This document shows, piece by piece, positions 29,963 to 39,972 of a stretch of DNA of 64,000 nucleotides. The position numbers were made by a program, and so were the translations under genes. The stretch comes from Bdellovibrionales bacterium. Its GTDB lineage: Bacteria; Bdellovibrionota; Bdellovibrionia; Bdellovibrionales; DASUEL01. Below the pieces are notes generated by a model. The model saw only the letters and a program-made list of their open reading frames with translations. It ran no database searches and was not told the DNA's origin. Each line of letters starts with the position of its first letter. Position 1 is the stretch's first letter. The DNA is taken from contig JBFWOZ010000004.1 in NCBI GenBank assembly GCA_050250255.1, positions 32,001 to 96,000 on the forward strand, given 5' to 3'.

Positions 29963-31834
29963 ATGGCTAAACAACCGGTGTATCGCGCACTTAATCCAGA
30001 CCTTGCCCCATCGACCCACAGACTTCCTCAACCGAAGCCTGCTTCGGATCCTTATGCCAATTTTCAGAAGATTCAAGGGTTTCACGAGTTACAAGAATGT
30101 CTGCCGGAAGCCGTTGTTCCTTACAAGGTTCGCGAGCTCGAGAATGGAAAAATCGCTTACTTCAACTACGAACTCGCAAAAGAAATGGGATTGATTCCCG
30201 CTCAACACCCGCATCGTTTGAATAAACAACTTGAAGCTAAAATTCTTTCGACGTTCGCGATTCAAATCATCAATGAATACGATCTCAAAAATAAAAAGAA
30301 ATTTGATTCTGAAAAAGTAAAGCAATATGCCTACATGGCCACTCGTTATTTACAGCTCCAACACGTGAACAAAAAAGGTCAGACGTCTGGAGATGGCCGC
30401 AGTGTTTGGAATGGTCAAATTTCCTTCAAAGGTAAAACTTGGGACGTCAGCAGTCGTGGAACAGGTGTCACTTGCCTTGCGCCAGGTGCTGTCGATGCTG
30501 GAAAGCCCGTCAAAACGGGTGATACCAGTTTTGGATATGGATGTGGAACAGCCGACCTCGACGAACTCATGGGCTCAGCTCTCATGTCAGAGATTTATCA
30601 CCGTCAAGGATTACGTACCGAACGCGTTCTCACCATTATCGATCTCGGCAAAGGAGTTGGGATCGGTGTACGTGCAGCTCACAATCTTCTAAGGCCCGCA
30701 CATATGTTTTCTTTTTTAAAACAAGAAAAGCGTGAGCCTCTACAGAGAGCTGCGGACTACTTGATAAAACGCCAATACAAAAACAAGGAATGGCCCGTCT
30801 CTCTTAATGCTTCTTCTAAGTACGACAAAATGCTCATGGAAGTTTCCAAAAGTTTTGCCGAGTTTGTGGCCTGGCTTGAAATCAATTACATGTTTGTATG
30901 GCTCGATTGGGATGGCGACAATGTGCTCGCAAACGCGGGTATTATCGATTACGGCAGCGTTCGCCAGTTTGGTCTCTGCCATAATTTTTATCGCTACGAT
31001 GATGTGGATCGGTTTTCAACTTCTCTCCCCGAACAGAAGTACAAAGCGCGTGAAACCGTACAGGTTTTTGCTCAGCTTGTAGACTTTCTTAATACCGGTC
31101 GCAAAAAGCCAGTGGGCAAATACAAAAAGTCACCCGCACTTCGATACTTCGATGAAGTGTTCGTAAGCACCTACGATCGCCTTTTCCTATGGAGAATGGG
31201 CTTTGATGAAACCCAAAGCGCTTATTTAATTCAGAATCACCCCGAGGGGTTCGCACAATTTAAAAAAAGCTTTCACTATTTTGAAAACAAAAAAACTCAA
31301 AAAAAGGTAGAAAAGCTACCGGACGGAATTAATAAAAATCCCATCTTTAATATGAGAAGTTTCTTGCGTGAATATCCCGTGCTTCTCGCTGAAAATGGGG
31401 TACAAATTTATCCCGTAGAGGAAATTTTCCACCTGTTACTTGCGGGTTCAGCTACGGGACGCGACACTCAGTTTAAGAAGAGTTACAATAAACCATTGGA
31501 ACAGCTCCAAGCTCTTTATATGGAGCTTCTCCTTTCTTTGCCGGGTTCTCTCCTTAAAAATGTAGAGGCCATAAAGACACGCAGCGCTTCCATCAATAAA
31601 GCAAATCGCATTACCGGAAATTCTATCGAATGTACCGTGGAAGAGCTTCTTAAGGCGCGCCGCAAGGGACTTTCCTACTCCGAAATCCAAAAAGTGATGG
31701 AAATTTTCATCCAAAACCAAAGCCTTTCCGATCGTGTACCCACTCCCGTCCTACGCCTCTTTTCGGACGAACGCTCAAAACGTTTATTGGATAAGGTTCT
31801 CAACCTCGTCTCTCACTACTCGGAAGACATCTAA
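29963..31834 (+). CDS. Divergent SelO/YdiU-like protein (AMPylase pseudokinase fold)
   Basis: SGDGRS, SRGTG, SE.....G..T.R, DGDNV, IIDYG. Confidence 0.65.
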   Translation: MAKQPVYRALNPDLAPSTHRLPQPKPASDPYANFQKIQGFHELQECLPEAVVPYKVRELENGKIAYFNYELAKEMGLIPAQHPHRLNKQLEAKILSTFAIQIINEYDLKNKKKFDSEKVKQYAYMATRYLQLQHVNKKGQTSGDGRSVWNGQISFKGKTWDVSSRGTGVTCLAPGAVDAGKPVKTGDTSFGYGCGTADLDELMGSALMSEIYHRQGLRTERVLTIIDLGKGVGIGVRAAHNLLRPAHMFSFLKQEKREPLQRAADYLIKRQYKNKEWPVSLNASSKYDKMLMEVSKSFAEFVAWLEINYMFVWLDWDGDNVLANAGIIDYGSVRQFGLCHNFYRYDDVDRFSTSLPEQKYKARETVQVFAQLVDFLNTGRKKPVGKYKKSPALRYFDEVFVSTYDRLFLWRMGFDETQSAYLIQNHPEGFAQFKKSFHYFENKKTQKKVEKLPDGINKNPIFNMRSFLREYPVLLAENGVQIYPVEEIFHLLLAGSATGRDTQFKKSYNKPLEQLQALYMELLLSLPGSLLKNVEAIKTRSASINKANRITGNSIECTVEELLKARRKGLSYSEIQKVMEIFIQNQSLSDRVPTPVLRLFSDERSKRLLDKVLNLVSHYSEDI

Positions 31835-31887
31835 AGCCATCTCTTTACAGGGTAAATCAGTTATGTTCTGATGGAACAACTGTAGGA

Positions 31888-32865
31888 GTGGCTATGTATA
31901 TCGTGACTGGTGCAGCAGGATTTATTGGAAGTGCTCTCGTTTGGGAACTTAATCAACGCGGAATCAAAGACATCATCTGCGTTGATAATTTTCGCCAAAA
32001 TGCGAAGTGGAAAAATCTCGCCAAAAGATCCTTTCTTCATTTTGTTTTAAAACAAGATTTGTTCGACTTTTTAGCCCAAACGGATGTGATCGAAGACGTT
32101 AAGGGCGTGTTTCACATGGGCGCCTGCTCGAACACGACTGAAAATGATGTCGATTTTTTATTAGTAAATAATTATTATTATAGCCAACAACTCTTCAAGT
32201 GGTGTGCAAAACATCAAAAACGTTTTATCTATGCAAGTAGCGCTGCGGTTTATGGGGATGGCGAAAACGGCTACGATGATAATGCCGACTCACAAAAACT
32301 CGTACCTCTCAATCCTTATGGATATTCGAAGATTCTTTTTGACCGCTGGGCCCTTCAACAGACCAATACCCCTCCACAATGGGTCGGCTTAAGGTTTTTC
32401 AACGTATTTGGACCAGGGGAATATCACAAAGAAGAAATGGCCAGTGTTGTCTTTAAAGCCTTTCAACAAATACAAGAAAACAAATCCTTAAAACTCTTTA
32501 AGTCCTACCGTGAAGAATACGAAGACGGCAAGCAAATGCGCGACTTTGTTTACGTGAAGGATGTGACACGTTGGATGTGGGACATCTATCAATACACAAA
32601 GGGTAGCGGGATTTATAACATTGGTTATGGTAAAGCCCGCACCTGGGTAGATTTAGGTGAAGCGGTTTTTCAAAACATGGGCGTAAAGAAAAAAATAGAA
32701 ATGATCGAAATGCCTGAAAGCATTCGTGACCAATACCAATACTTTACTCAAGCCAAACTGGATAAGTTACTAAGCCTCGGCCTTACAGGTCCACAGTGGC
32801 CGCTCGAAAAAGCTATCGAAGATTATGTCGTAAATTATTTAATGAAAAAAGATTCCTATCTTTAA
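31888..32865 (+). CDS. gmhD: ADP-L-glycero-D-manno-heptose 6-epimerase
   Basis: TGAAGFIGS, HMGACS.TTE, YASSAA.YG, YGYSK, FNVFGP.E.HK..MAS, YQYFTQA. Confidence 0.93.
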   Translation: MAMYIVTGAAGFIGSALVWELNQRGIKDIICVDNFRQNAKWKNLAKRSFLHFVLKQDLFDFLAQTDVIEDVKGVFHMGACSNTTENDVDFLLVNNYYYSQQLFKWCAKHQKRFIYASSAAVYGDGENGYDDNADSQKLVPLNPYGYSKILFDRWALQQTNTPPQWVGLRFFNVFGPGEYHKEEMASVVFKAFQQIQENKSLKLFKSYREEYEDGKQMRDFVYVKDVTRWMWDIYQYTKGSGIYNIGYGKARTWVDLGEAVFQNMGVKKKIEMIEMPESIRDQYQYFTQAKLDKLLSLGLTGPQWPLEKAIEDYVVNYLMKKDSYL

Positions 32866-32874
32866 GGAGAATTT

Positions 32875-33768
32875 ATGAAACTCTTATGTTCACTATTGAT
32901 TCTTTTAGCAGCACTCCCCGTTTTCTCATTCGCTTCACCCATCTGGAACCAAACACCACTGAACTATAGGACCAAGAATTTCCATATGGGTTACTACATG
33001 AGCAGTGTCACCAACACCCAAAAGAAATTTATCGTGCGTGTACCTAAGCGATATGTTCCAGGTCAACCTGTTGAGCTCGTTTATTTCTTAGCGGGTGGAT
33101 CTGGTGAGGCAGAAAATATGGCCACGGCTTTAGAATATCTAAGCCCCTACCTCGACAATCCTATTTTTGATAACGTCCTCTTCGTTGCACCAGACGCTAA
33201 AAACGCGGGATTATGGTCTGACACTCCTATCTTTAAAAATGAACAGATGGTTTTTGAACTCATCGAATATATCGAAAGAAACATTCCACATACTCCAGGA
33301 AGAAAGCTGATTGGCCATTCACTCGGAGGAACTGGAGCTCTTCATTTCGCCTACAAATATGGAAATAAATTTGATGCGATGGCCTCTATTAGCCCCGCGA
33401 TCTTGAAATGGTCACCTTTTGAGGTTACCGACGAGTTGATCAAAAATTATATTCGTGATCACGCACCCAATATCGATTTCGACTACTTCAAAATGTTCAT
33501 ACTTTCCATCCGCGATTCTTTCGCCATGCCAGAATATTGGAAAAGATATGACTTTTATGAGCGTCTTCCCACGCAAAATCTTCCTAAATGCTACGCGATT
33601 TTTACAGGCGCAAAAGATTCTTTAGGCTTTGCATTTCTTGGGCGTGAATTCATAAGGATCGCGAGAACCTACAATAAAAATGTTCTCTATTATGAAGATC
33701 CTAGTCGTGATCATGCGGTCGACAAATCAATTCTCGAAGTCATGCAGTTCTTCCGAACCTGCCAGTAG
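32875..33768 (+). CDS. Secreted esterase (alpha/beta hydrolase)
   Basis: Signal peptide, GHSLGG, G.KD, DH. Confidence 0.75.
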   Translation: MKLLCSLLILLAALPVFSFASPIWNQTPLNYRTKNFHMGYYMSSVTNTQKKFIVRVPKRYVPGQPVELVYFLAGGSGEAENMATALEYLSPYLDNPIFDNVLFVAPDAKNAGLWSDTPIFKNEQMVFELIEYIERNIPHTPGRKLIGHSLGGTGALHFAYKYGNKFDAMASISPAILKWSPFEVTDELIKNYIRDHAPNIDFDYFKMFILSIRDSFAMPEYWKRYDFYERLPTQNLPKCYAIFTGAKDSLGFAFLGREFIRIARTYNKNVLYYEDPSRDHAVDKSILEVMQFFRTCQ

Positions 33769-33840
33769 CCTAAAATGCAAGAAGCTTGAGGCAAAGGCAA
33801 CTCGCTTTCAAGCTTCTCACTTTCAAATAAAGTATCGTGT

Positions 33841-33971
33841 TGGGTGGGCCTCTGAGAGCTTTGTGCAAAAAACGAGTTCCACAGCGTCTTCTCCATAAAA
33901 CATAAAAAATAAAAACCCCTGAGCGAGGACTGTCTGAGCTTTTTTGTGCAAAGCTCTCAGAGGCCCACCCA
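33841..33971. repeat. 131-bp element with 23-bp perfect (32-bp with wobble) terminal inverted repeats
   Basis: 33841-33863 TGGGTGGGCCTCTGAGAGCTTTG is the reverse complement of 33949-33971. Confidence 0.8.
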
Positions 33972-33978
33972 CCAGGAA

Positions 33979-35082
33979 CTATTTCTTCATCCAACTCTGC
34001 CAATAATTTTTAACTTCAACAGAATCAAGAATCGGATCCACGGTTAATGGAAATCGCGTATCCACCATGACCGCATATTCTTCCGTATGAGTTTTTGTTT
34101 TAATCTTCTCCATAGCCTTAGGATGCGGTCCATGTGGAAAACCCGCGGGATGTAAGGTCATCATGCCTGCATGCAAATTGTCTCGACTGAAAAAATCCCC
34201 ATCATGATAAAACAGCACTTCATCGTAATCCATATTCTGATGATAAAAAGGAACCTTCAGAGCATCGCTATCGGACTCCAAAGGTCTTGGTAAGAAAGTA
34301 CAAACCACAAATCCATGAGCCACAAATGTTGTGTGCGCGCTTGGAGGTAAGTGAGCTCTATGACTCATGAGGGGCATCATATCATCGATATGGAGCGTGA
34401 AGGGAAAGAGATCTCCCTTCCAACCTAACACATCATAAATGTGTCCAGAATATTGAAATTTCGTCAGCTGATCTTGTCGTTTTACTGAAACATCGATAAT
34501 AGGCTGCTTGTTTTTTTCAAAGTAAGCCTGTTGAGCATCGAGATCCGGCTTCGCAATATTCGCAATATCATAAACCGCATGACGTCCCACCATTCCACGA
34601 TCTGGCTCACTAAAATAACCTTCTCGTGCTTCGATCACAAAAAACTGAGAAGCCATTGTTGGAACAATAGTATGGGTCATACATTTACGAATCACAATAT
34701 AGTGACCTCGACGATATTCGAGCATCCCGTAATCCGTTAGGATAACTCCCTCACCTTGATGACAAAAATAAAGGGTATCGCCATCTGAGTTGCGAAACGC
34801 TTTGTGAGCTTCTTGCTTCGGATGGGACCACATTTGGTAAATCGCCACTTCGCGGTTGTGAACCACTCGTTGCATTTTGTCTTCTTTAGGAAGCTCCACA
34901 AGGTCATAAAGACGTGGCTTTAAGTTTCCTTCAATATTCACCCAATGAGTACTGGGATTTTTACGAATCAAATGAGAAACAGGTCCGAAAAAACCGCCTC
35001 GTCCTTGCTCTTCTTCGTAATAACCCTCGGGAATTCCTTTATGAGCCTGCTTCGTATGTCTCCCTTGCGAATAATGATGCAT
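33979..35082 (-). CDS. hmgA: Homogentisate 1,2-dioxygenase
   Basis: NSDGD, GWKG, HLPPSAHTTF, PFYHQNMDYDE, LHP.G.PHGP, AVMVDT. Confidence 0.9.
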   Translation of the reverse strand: MHHYSQGRHTKQAHKGIPEGYYEEEQGRGGFFGPVSHLIRKNPSTHWVNIEGNLKPRLYDLVELPKEDKMQRVVHNREVAIYQMWSHPKQEAHKAFRNSDGDTLYFCHQGEGVILTDYGMLEYRRGHYIVIRKCMTHTIVPTMASQFFVIEAREGYFSEPDRGMVGRHAVYDIANIAKPDLDAQQAYFEKNKQPIIDVSVKRQDQLTKFQYSGHIYDVLGWKGDLFPFTLHIDDMMPLMSHRAHLPPSAHTTFVAHGFVVCTFLPRPLESDSDALKVPFYHQNMDYDEVLFYHDGDFFSRDNLHAGMMTLHPAGFPHGPHPKAMEKIKTKTHTEEYAVMVDTRFPLTVDPILDSVEVKNYWQSWMKK

Positions 35083-36128
35083 TAGAGAACTCCTCGCGAC
35101 TCTTGATCTCTTTCAATCGCGTCGAAAAGTGCCTGAAAATTTCCGTCTCCGAAACCGTCATGACCCTTTCGCTGAATCACTTCAAAGAAAATAGGCCCAA
35201 TCACGTTCTTCGTAAAAATTTGCAAGAGATACCCGTGATCATCACCGTCCACGAGAATTCTTAATTTCTTCAGACGATCAATCGGCTCAGTCACATTCGG
35301 CACACGATCTGGAATCATGTCAAAGTACGCATCTGGGGCGTCGAGAAAATCAACACCCTCATCTCTCACCGAAGAAACCGACTGACACACATTCGTGGTT
35401 AAAAGAGCAACGTGCTGAATGCCCGAACCCTGATATTCGTTAATGTATTCCTGAATCTGAGATTTCTGATCGGCAGGCTCGTTGATCGGAATCATGATTT
35501 TCCCACATGGAGAAATCATCACCTTAGAAATGAGTCCCGTTTTTGTTCCGCGAATATCGAAATAACGTCTTTCCGTAAAGTTAAAAACTTTCTCGTAGAA
35601 ATCACACCATTTTTGCATTTCACCCACTGGAACATTGTTCGTCATGTGGTCCACTCGCAAAAAGCCTTTGCCCGTAATGGTATTTTTATTTGTTACGTTA
35701 AAGTGAGAATCGTAGATCGTATTGGTTTTATATTGATCAATAAAATAAACGAGAGAATCACCGATTCCATAAATCGTTGGGAAATCTCCGATTAATTTAG
35801 AGCGATCACCGGTGTAAGGTTTTGCGCCACGAGCTACTGCCGTTTTGAAAGCTTCCGCCGCATTCTTCACCCGAAAGCCTGCAGAAGAAATACTTGGACC
35901 ATGAAGCTTGTGAAAATCTTCTCCGAAAGAGCCAGCCTGTTTGTTCATCAAAAAATTAATGTCGTTTTGGCGATAAAGATCAATTTTTTGATTTTTGTGT
36001 TCGCCGACTTTTTCAAACCCGAGTTTTTTAAAAAGAGGTTCCAGCGGTTTATCTGCAGGCGAGCTGTACTCTAAAAACTCAATACCATCTAAACCCACAG
36101 GGTTATAACTTTGATCTACTTGACCCAT
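35082..36128 (-). CDS. hppD: 4-hydroxyphenylpyruvate dioxygenase
   Basis: DHMTNNV, PINEP, SQIQEY, GIQHVAL, LLQIFT, FFEVIQRKG, GFG.GNF.ALF. Confidence 0.95.
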   Translation of the reverse strand: MGQVDQSYNPVGLDGIEFLEYSSPADKPLEPLFKKLGFEKVGEHKNQKIDLYRQNDINFLMNKQAGSFGEDFHKLHGPSISSAGFRVKNAAEAFKTAVARGAKPYTGDRSKLIGDFPTIYGIGDSLVYFIDQYKTNTIYDSHFNVTNKNTITGKGFLRVDHMTNNVPVGEMQKWCDFYEKVFNFTERRYFDIRGTKTGLISKVMISPCGKIMIPINEPADQKSQIQEYINEYQGSGIQHVALLTTNVCQSVSSVRDEGVDFLDAPDAYFDMIPDRVPNVTEPIDRLKKLRILVDGDDHGYLLQIFTKNVIGPIFFEVIQRKGHDGFGDGNFQALFDAIERDQESRGVL

Positions 36129-36157
36129 AAAGATTCTCCTCTGTTTTTAACCCGAGC

Positions 36158-36186
36158 AGTTTAGAGCTGATCCTCTCTCGAGACAA
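36158..36186 (-). promoter_or_regulatory. Putative sigma70 promoter of hppD-hmgA
   Basis: TTGTCT-N17-TAAACT on the minus strand, 30 nt upstream of the ATG. Confidence 0.35.
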
Positions 36187-36311
36187 CCCTCCTTGAAGGA
36201 AGCTCGATTTTAGAGGAAAAACGTAATGCAATTGGCAAAAAACCCGTTTCCTCCCTCGAAACCCATAAGAATGTTGACTTTGCGCATCGCATTTTCGATA
36301 TTCCGGGACCT

Positions 36312-37493
36312 ATGAGTACATCTTATTGGTTAGATAGATCGAGCGATCTTTCAAAAAAGTCCGCTGAAACAAAAACCTTCGACATTCTCATTATCGGAGC
36401 CGGCCTCTCAGGTCTCTCCACTGCCTACTGGCTAAAGAAGGAAGACCCCAACCTAAAAGTCGCGATTGTGGAAAAAAGCCGAGTCGGCTTTGGAGCCAGT
36501 GGCCGTAATGCCGGTTTTATCACTTGCGGATCGGTAGAACATTTTAATCGTCTCCACCACAAATATGGCGAGAAGCTCGCGGCTGAAATTTGGAAGTTCT
36601 CAGAAACCAATCTTGAACTTCTCAAAGAAAACATCATCCAAGATCAGCAAGATGTGATTCATTTTGAACAAAAAGGAACTTTCTCCCTCGCCTCTACACC
36701 TCCTGAATGTGAAGAACTTCGTGGCTCTGCCCAACTCATGAAAAGTCTTGGCATCGAAGTGGAAGAACTCGACGAAGCCGCCATTACAAGCCGCCTTGGA
36801 GTCCAAGGTTTCGTTGGCGGGATTAAATACCTTCGCGATGCCTGCGTGAATCCGGCAAAGCTCCTCGAACTTCTCCGCAAAAGAGCTAACGTCGAAATTT
36901 TTGAAAGCACTGAAGTGTTTAGCATCGAAAGAAATGGCGATTCTCGTCTCGTTAAAACCGATAACGGAACTTTTGACGCCTCCATGGTCGTGGCTGCTCT
37001 CAACGGTTATTCCTCAAGCCTCTTTCCATATTTTGAAGACAAGATTTTTCCAACCCGCGGTCAAATCCTCGTCACAGAACCTACAGAACGTTTTATGGAA
37101 GGCCCGTGCTACGCCAATTTCTATTTAGATTACTTCCGCCAACTCACAACGGGTGAAATTCTCATTGGCGGCTTTCGTCAGCTCGAAAAAGAAACAGAAG
37201 TCGGCTACTCCGACCATATTACAAAGTTGATTCAGACAAATTTAGAGCAATTTATTCGCGAACATATCCCGGCGATCAAAGATAAGAAAATCACTCACCG
37301 CTGGGGTGGTGTGATGGGCTTCTCGGTAGATGGCCAGCCTATGGTGGGCTCTCTCCCGGATGATCCACAAATTCTTTTTCACGGAGGATTTACCGGACAC
37401 GGCCTAGGACTCGCGTTCTATACTGCAAAGTGTCTTGTGGATATGATGTTTGAGAGAGAAATTCCTTCCTTTGTTTCCGCACGTAGATTTTAA
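36312..37493 (+). CDS. FAD-dependent oxidoreductase (DAO/PuuB-like)
   Basis: SYW, IIGAGLSG, GASGRNAG, RGQ, W.G.MGF..D..P, GFTGHG. Confidence 0.88.
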   Translation: MSTSYWLDRSSDLSKKSAETKTFDILIIGAGLSGLSTAYWLKKEDPNLKVAIVEKSRVGFGASGRNAGFITCGSVEHFNRLHHKYGEKLAAEIWKFSETNLELLKENIIQDQQDVIHFEQKGTFSLASTPPECEELRGSAQLMKSLGIEVEELDEAAITSRLGVQGFVGGIKYLRDACVNPAKLLELLRKRANVEIFESTEVFSIERNGDSRLVKTDNGTFDASMVVAALNGYSSSLFPYFEDKIFPTRGQILVTEPTERFMEGPCYANFYLDYFRQLTTGEILIGGFRQLEKETEVGYSDHITKLIQTNLEQFIREHIPAIKDKKITHRWGGVMGFSVDGQPMVGSLPDDPQILFHGGFTGHGLGLAFYTAKCLVDMMFEREIPSFVSARRF

Positions 37494-37502
37494 TAGGGAC
37501 AT

Positions 37503-37847
37503 ATGACATTTAAATTTGAAAATGCCGACAGCTCTTTTGGAATCCTTGAAGTAGAACCTTCTGAAGTTTTTGAAAACCTCAAAAACGTGAAGATTGTAGA
37601 TGTAAGAACCACCGAAGAGTTTACCGATGAGCTCAACCACATTGAGGGCGCTGATCTCATTCCCCTCGACACCCTTCCAGAACAAATCGTTCAGCTGCCA
37701 AAAGAAGAGGCGATTGTATTTGTATGTCGTTCCGGCGGCCGCTCCGCAAGAGCCACAGCTTTTGCATTAGAAAACGGCTTTGAAAATGTCTACAACATGC
37801 GCGGGGGCATGATGCTCTGGAACGACCTCGGCCTCAAAACAGAATAA
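37503..37847 (+). CDS. Rhodanese-like protein
   Basis: DVR..EE, HIEGA, CRSGGRS, GG...W. Confidence 0.9.
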   Translation: MTFKFENADSSFGILEVEPSEVFENLKNVKIVDVRTTEEFTDELNHIEGADLIPLDTLPEQIVQLPKEEAIVFVCRSGGRSARATAFALENGFENVYNMRGGMMLWNDLGLKTE

Positions 37848-37857
37848 GAGCTCAAAA

Positions 37858-39231
37858 ATGCACCCAAACATCTTCGTTAACCGCACACTGAATCTTAAAA
37901 AAATTAAATACATTGGATTTGATATGGACCACACCTTGGTTCGCTATCATTCTAAAAACTTTGAAAAGCTCGCTCACACAACCCTCATCGAGAAGCTGAT
38001 CAAAAACCTGAATTACCCGAAGGAGCTTAAAAAGCTCCCTTTTGCGTTTGATCGTGCGATTCGTGGGTTAGTGATCGACAAAAAAAACGGAAACCTTTTA
38101 AAGCTCAGTCGTTGGGGTGCCATCCGCATCAGCTACCATGGTACACAGAGAATTGATTTCGATAAACAAAAAGAATTTTATAAGAGCACCTACATCGATT
38201 TACGAGATCCACATTACTCTTCTATCGATACCGCCTTTTCTATCGCCTTTGCCGTTCTCTACGCACAGCTTGTCGATTTTAAAGATAAAAATTTGGATGT
38301 TCTCCCTGATTACGAGAGTATCGCCAACGATTTAAATGCGAGTCTCGATGCCGCCCATCGTGATGGCAGTTTGAAAAATGCGGTAGAGAAAGATCTCGCT
38401 CATTACATCAAAAAAGATGCCCAAACGGTGAAGGCGCTGGAGCGCTTTAAGAAACTAGGTAAGACACTTTTTGTTCTAACGAATTCCGATTTTTACTACA
38501 CCAAGCTTCTTCTCGACTACGCGATCAATCCTTACTTAAAAGATCACAAGTCGTGGCACCAACTTTTTGAGTACACCTTTACTCATGCAAGAAAACCGCG
38601 CTTCTTCTTTGATAAGCAGGATTTCTTAAAAGTGAATATCAAAGACGGTTCTCTGACCAATCACTATGGCCCTCTCGGACAGGGTGTTTATCAGGGCGGC
38701 TGTGCGAATGATTTTACAACCGGTCTCGGCCTCAATGGTGACGATGTTCTTTACATCGGAGACCATATTTATTCTGATATTTTAAGAATCAAAAAAGACT
38801 GTAATTGGCGTACGGCTCTCGTGGTCGAAGAACTCGATTACGAAATCGAAAAGCTCAATAAAGCCCAACCCATTGACGAGAAAATCGCACAACTCATGGA
38901 CGAAAAGGAACCGTTCGAAGACGAAGTGGTGAAACTTGTCACCTTGGCAAAAGAGCAAGGAAGAAAAACTCTCGACGATAAAAAGATCATAGCTCTTCAA
39001 GAAAAAATCAAAACGATTGATAAAAAGATCAGTCCCCTGATTCAAAAGCATGAAGAACTCTTCAATCCTTATTGGGGAGAAGTCATGCGCGCCGGAAACG
39101 AAGAAAGCTACTTCGCCCGCCAGATGCAGAGCTTTGCCTGCATCTACATGGCGGACATTCTTCATTTCCTCAACTGCTCACCGCGCATTTACTTCCGCGC
39201 GCCTCGTCGACTCATGCCTCACGAGCTGTAG
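37858..39231 (+). CDS. HAD-IG family 5'-nucleotidase (cN-II-like)
   Basis: IFVNR, GFDMDHTL, LTNS, ARKP.FF, YIGDHIYSDI, WRT.LVVEEL, FNPYWG. Confidence 0.9.
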   Translation: MHPNIFVNRTLNLKKIKYIGFDMDHTLVRYHSKNFEKLAHTTLIEKLIKNLNYPKELKKLPFAFDRAIRGLVIDKKNGNLLKLSRWGAIRISYHGTQRIDFDKQKEFYKSTYIDLRDPHYSSIDTAFSIAFAVLYAQLVDFKDKNLDVLPDYESIANDLNASLDAAHRDGSLKNAVEKDLAHYIKKDAQTVKALERFKKLGKTLFVLTNSDFYYTKLLLDYAINPYLKDHKSWHQLFEYTFTHARKPRFFFDKQDFLKVNIKDGSLTNHYGPLGQGVYQGGCANDFTTGLGLNGDDVLYIGDHIYSDILRIKKDCNWRTALVVEELDYEIEKLNKAQPIDEKIAQLMDEKEPFEDEVVKLVTLAKEQGRKTLDDKKIIALQEKIKTIDKKISPLIQKHEELFNPYWGEVMRAGNEESYFARQMQSFACIYMADILHFLNCSPRIYFRAPRRLMPHEL

Positions 39232-39234
39232 TCT

Positions 39235-39972
39235 CTATAGAGTTTTATAGAGGAACATAACGTAGTCATCTTGGCCAAAAAGTTCTAGCGCTCCAGCGAG
39301 CGCCGTAGGTTTTTGATCTTTGAGCTCTTTATCGAACTTGCTCTGCTTTAAGAGATAAGAACATCCCAATGCCTCCATCGAATCATATGTGAAATCTCCT
39401 TCACACATCTGTGTCTTACGAAGAGATTCGAGTTGTTCGGAGTTTCTTTCGAGCATGGAAATGGAAATAAACTTCAGCTCAGTTTCTTTCGTGAGTTTTT
39501 CACTCATTGTTCCAGCAAAGAGACGTGAAACGGTCTGAGTTGGTAAATAGAGAATCGCTCTTTCACCTCTATTGAAAACTTCTTGGAGCTGAGATTCAAG
39601 TGCCGCAAGATCTATAGGTTCAGCCAGGTTAACGACTCGAGCGTCTGAAAACTCGAGCGATTTTGCCGAAAAAATGGTCGAATAGTTTTGCCCATCACTC
39701 CGAGCCGTGCGTACAAAGGCTTTTAAAACTTGATCGTGTTGTGAAGATTTTGGGTCATAACCTAAAAGCAATAAGTTCATGCGGAAAAGGCGCTGCCGGA
39801 GCTGCCGATAGGTCCAAAACCCCATATCCCCGGCCTGTTCAAAATGGGAGGGTCTGATCACCCCAACCGACTTCGATTTCATTCCATAATTCGCCAAAAA
39901 GAGAGCTATCCCGATAAGGGTGAAAATAGGGATACTCCAGATGGCCATTTTCAGAAATTTGGATGAATTCAT
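39235..39972 (-). CDS. Hypothetical membrane-anchored protein
   Basis: Single N-terminal TM helix. No recognised motif. Confidence 0.65.
   Translation of the reverse strand: MNSSKFLKMAIWSIPIFTLIGIALFLANYGMKSKSVGVIRPSHFEQAGDMGFWTYRQLRQRLFRMNLLLLGYDPKSSQHDQVLKAFVRTARSDGQNYSTIFSAKSLEFSDARVVNLAEPIDLAALESQLQEVFNRGERAILYLPTQTVSRLFAGTMSEKLTKETELKFISISMLERNSEQLESLRKTQMCEGDFTYDSMEALGCSYLLKQSKFDKELKDQKPTALAGALELFGQDDYVMFLYKTL

Noticed and set aside
33680..34003. Short ORFs on both strands sharing GWASESF[VA]QK
   Set aside because: An artefact of translating the two arms of the inverted repeat, not a duplicated peptide gene.
33979..36128. Link between hppD-hmgA and the 45-48 kb biosynthetic cassette
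   Set aside because: About 9 kb apart and separated by housekeeping genes. Ordinary tyrosine catabolism explains the pair.
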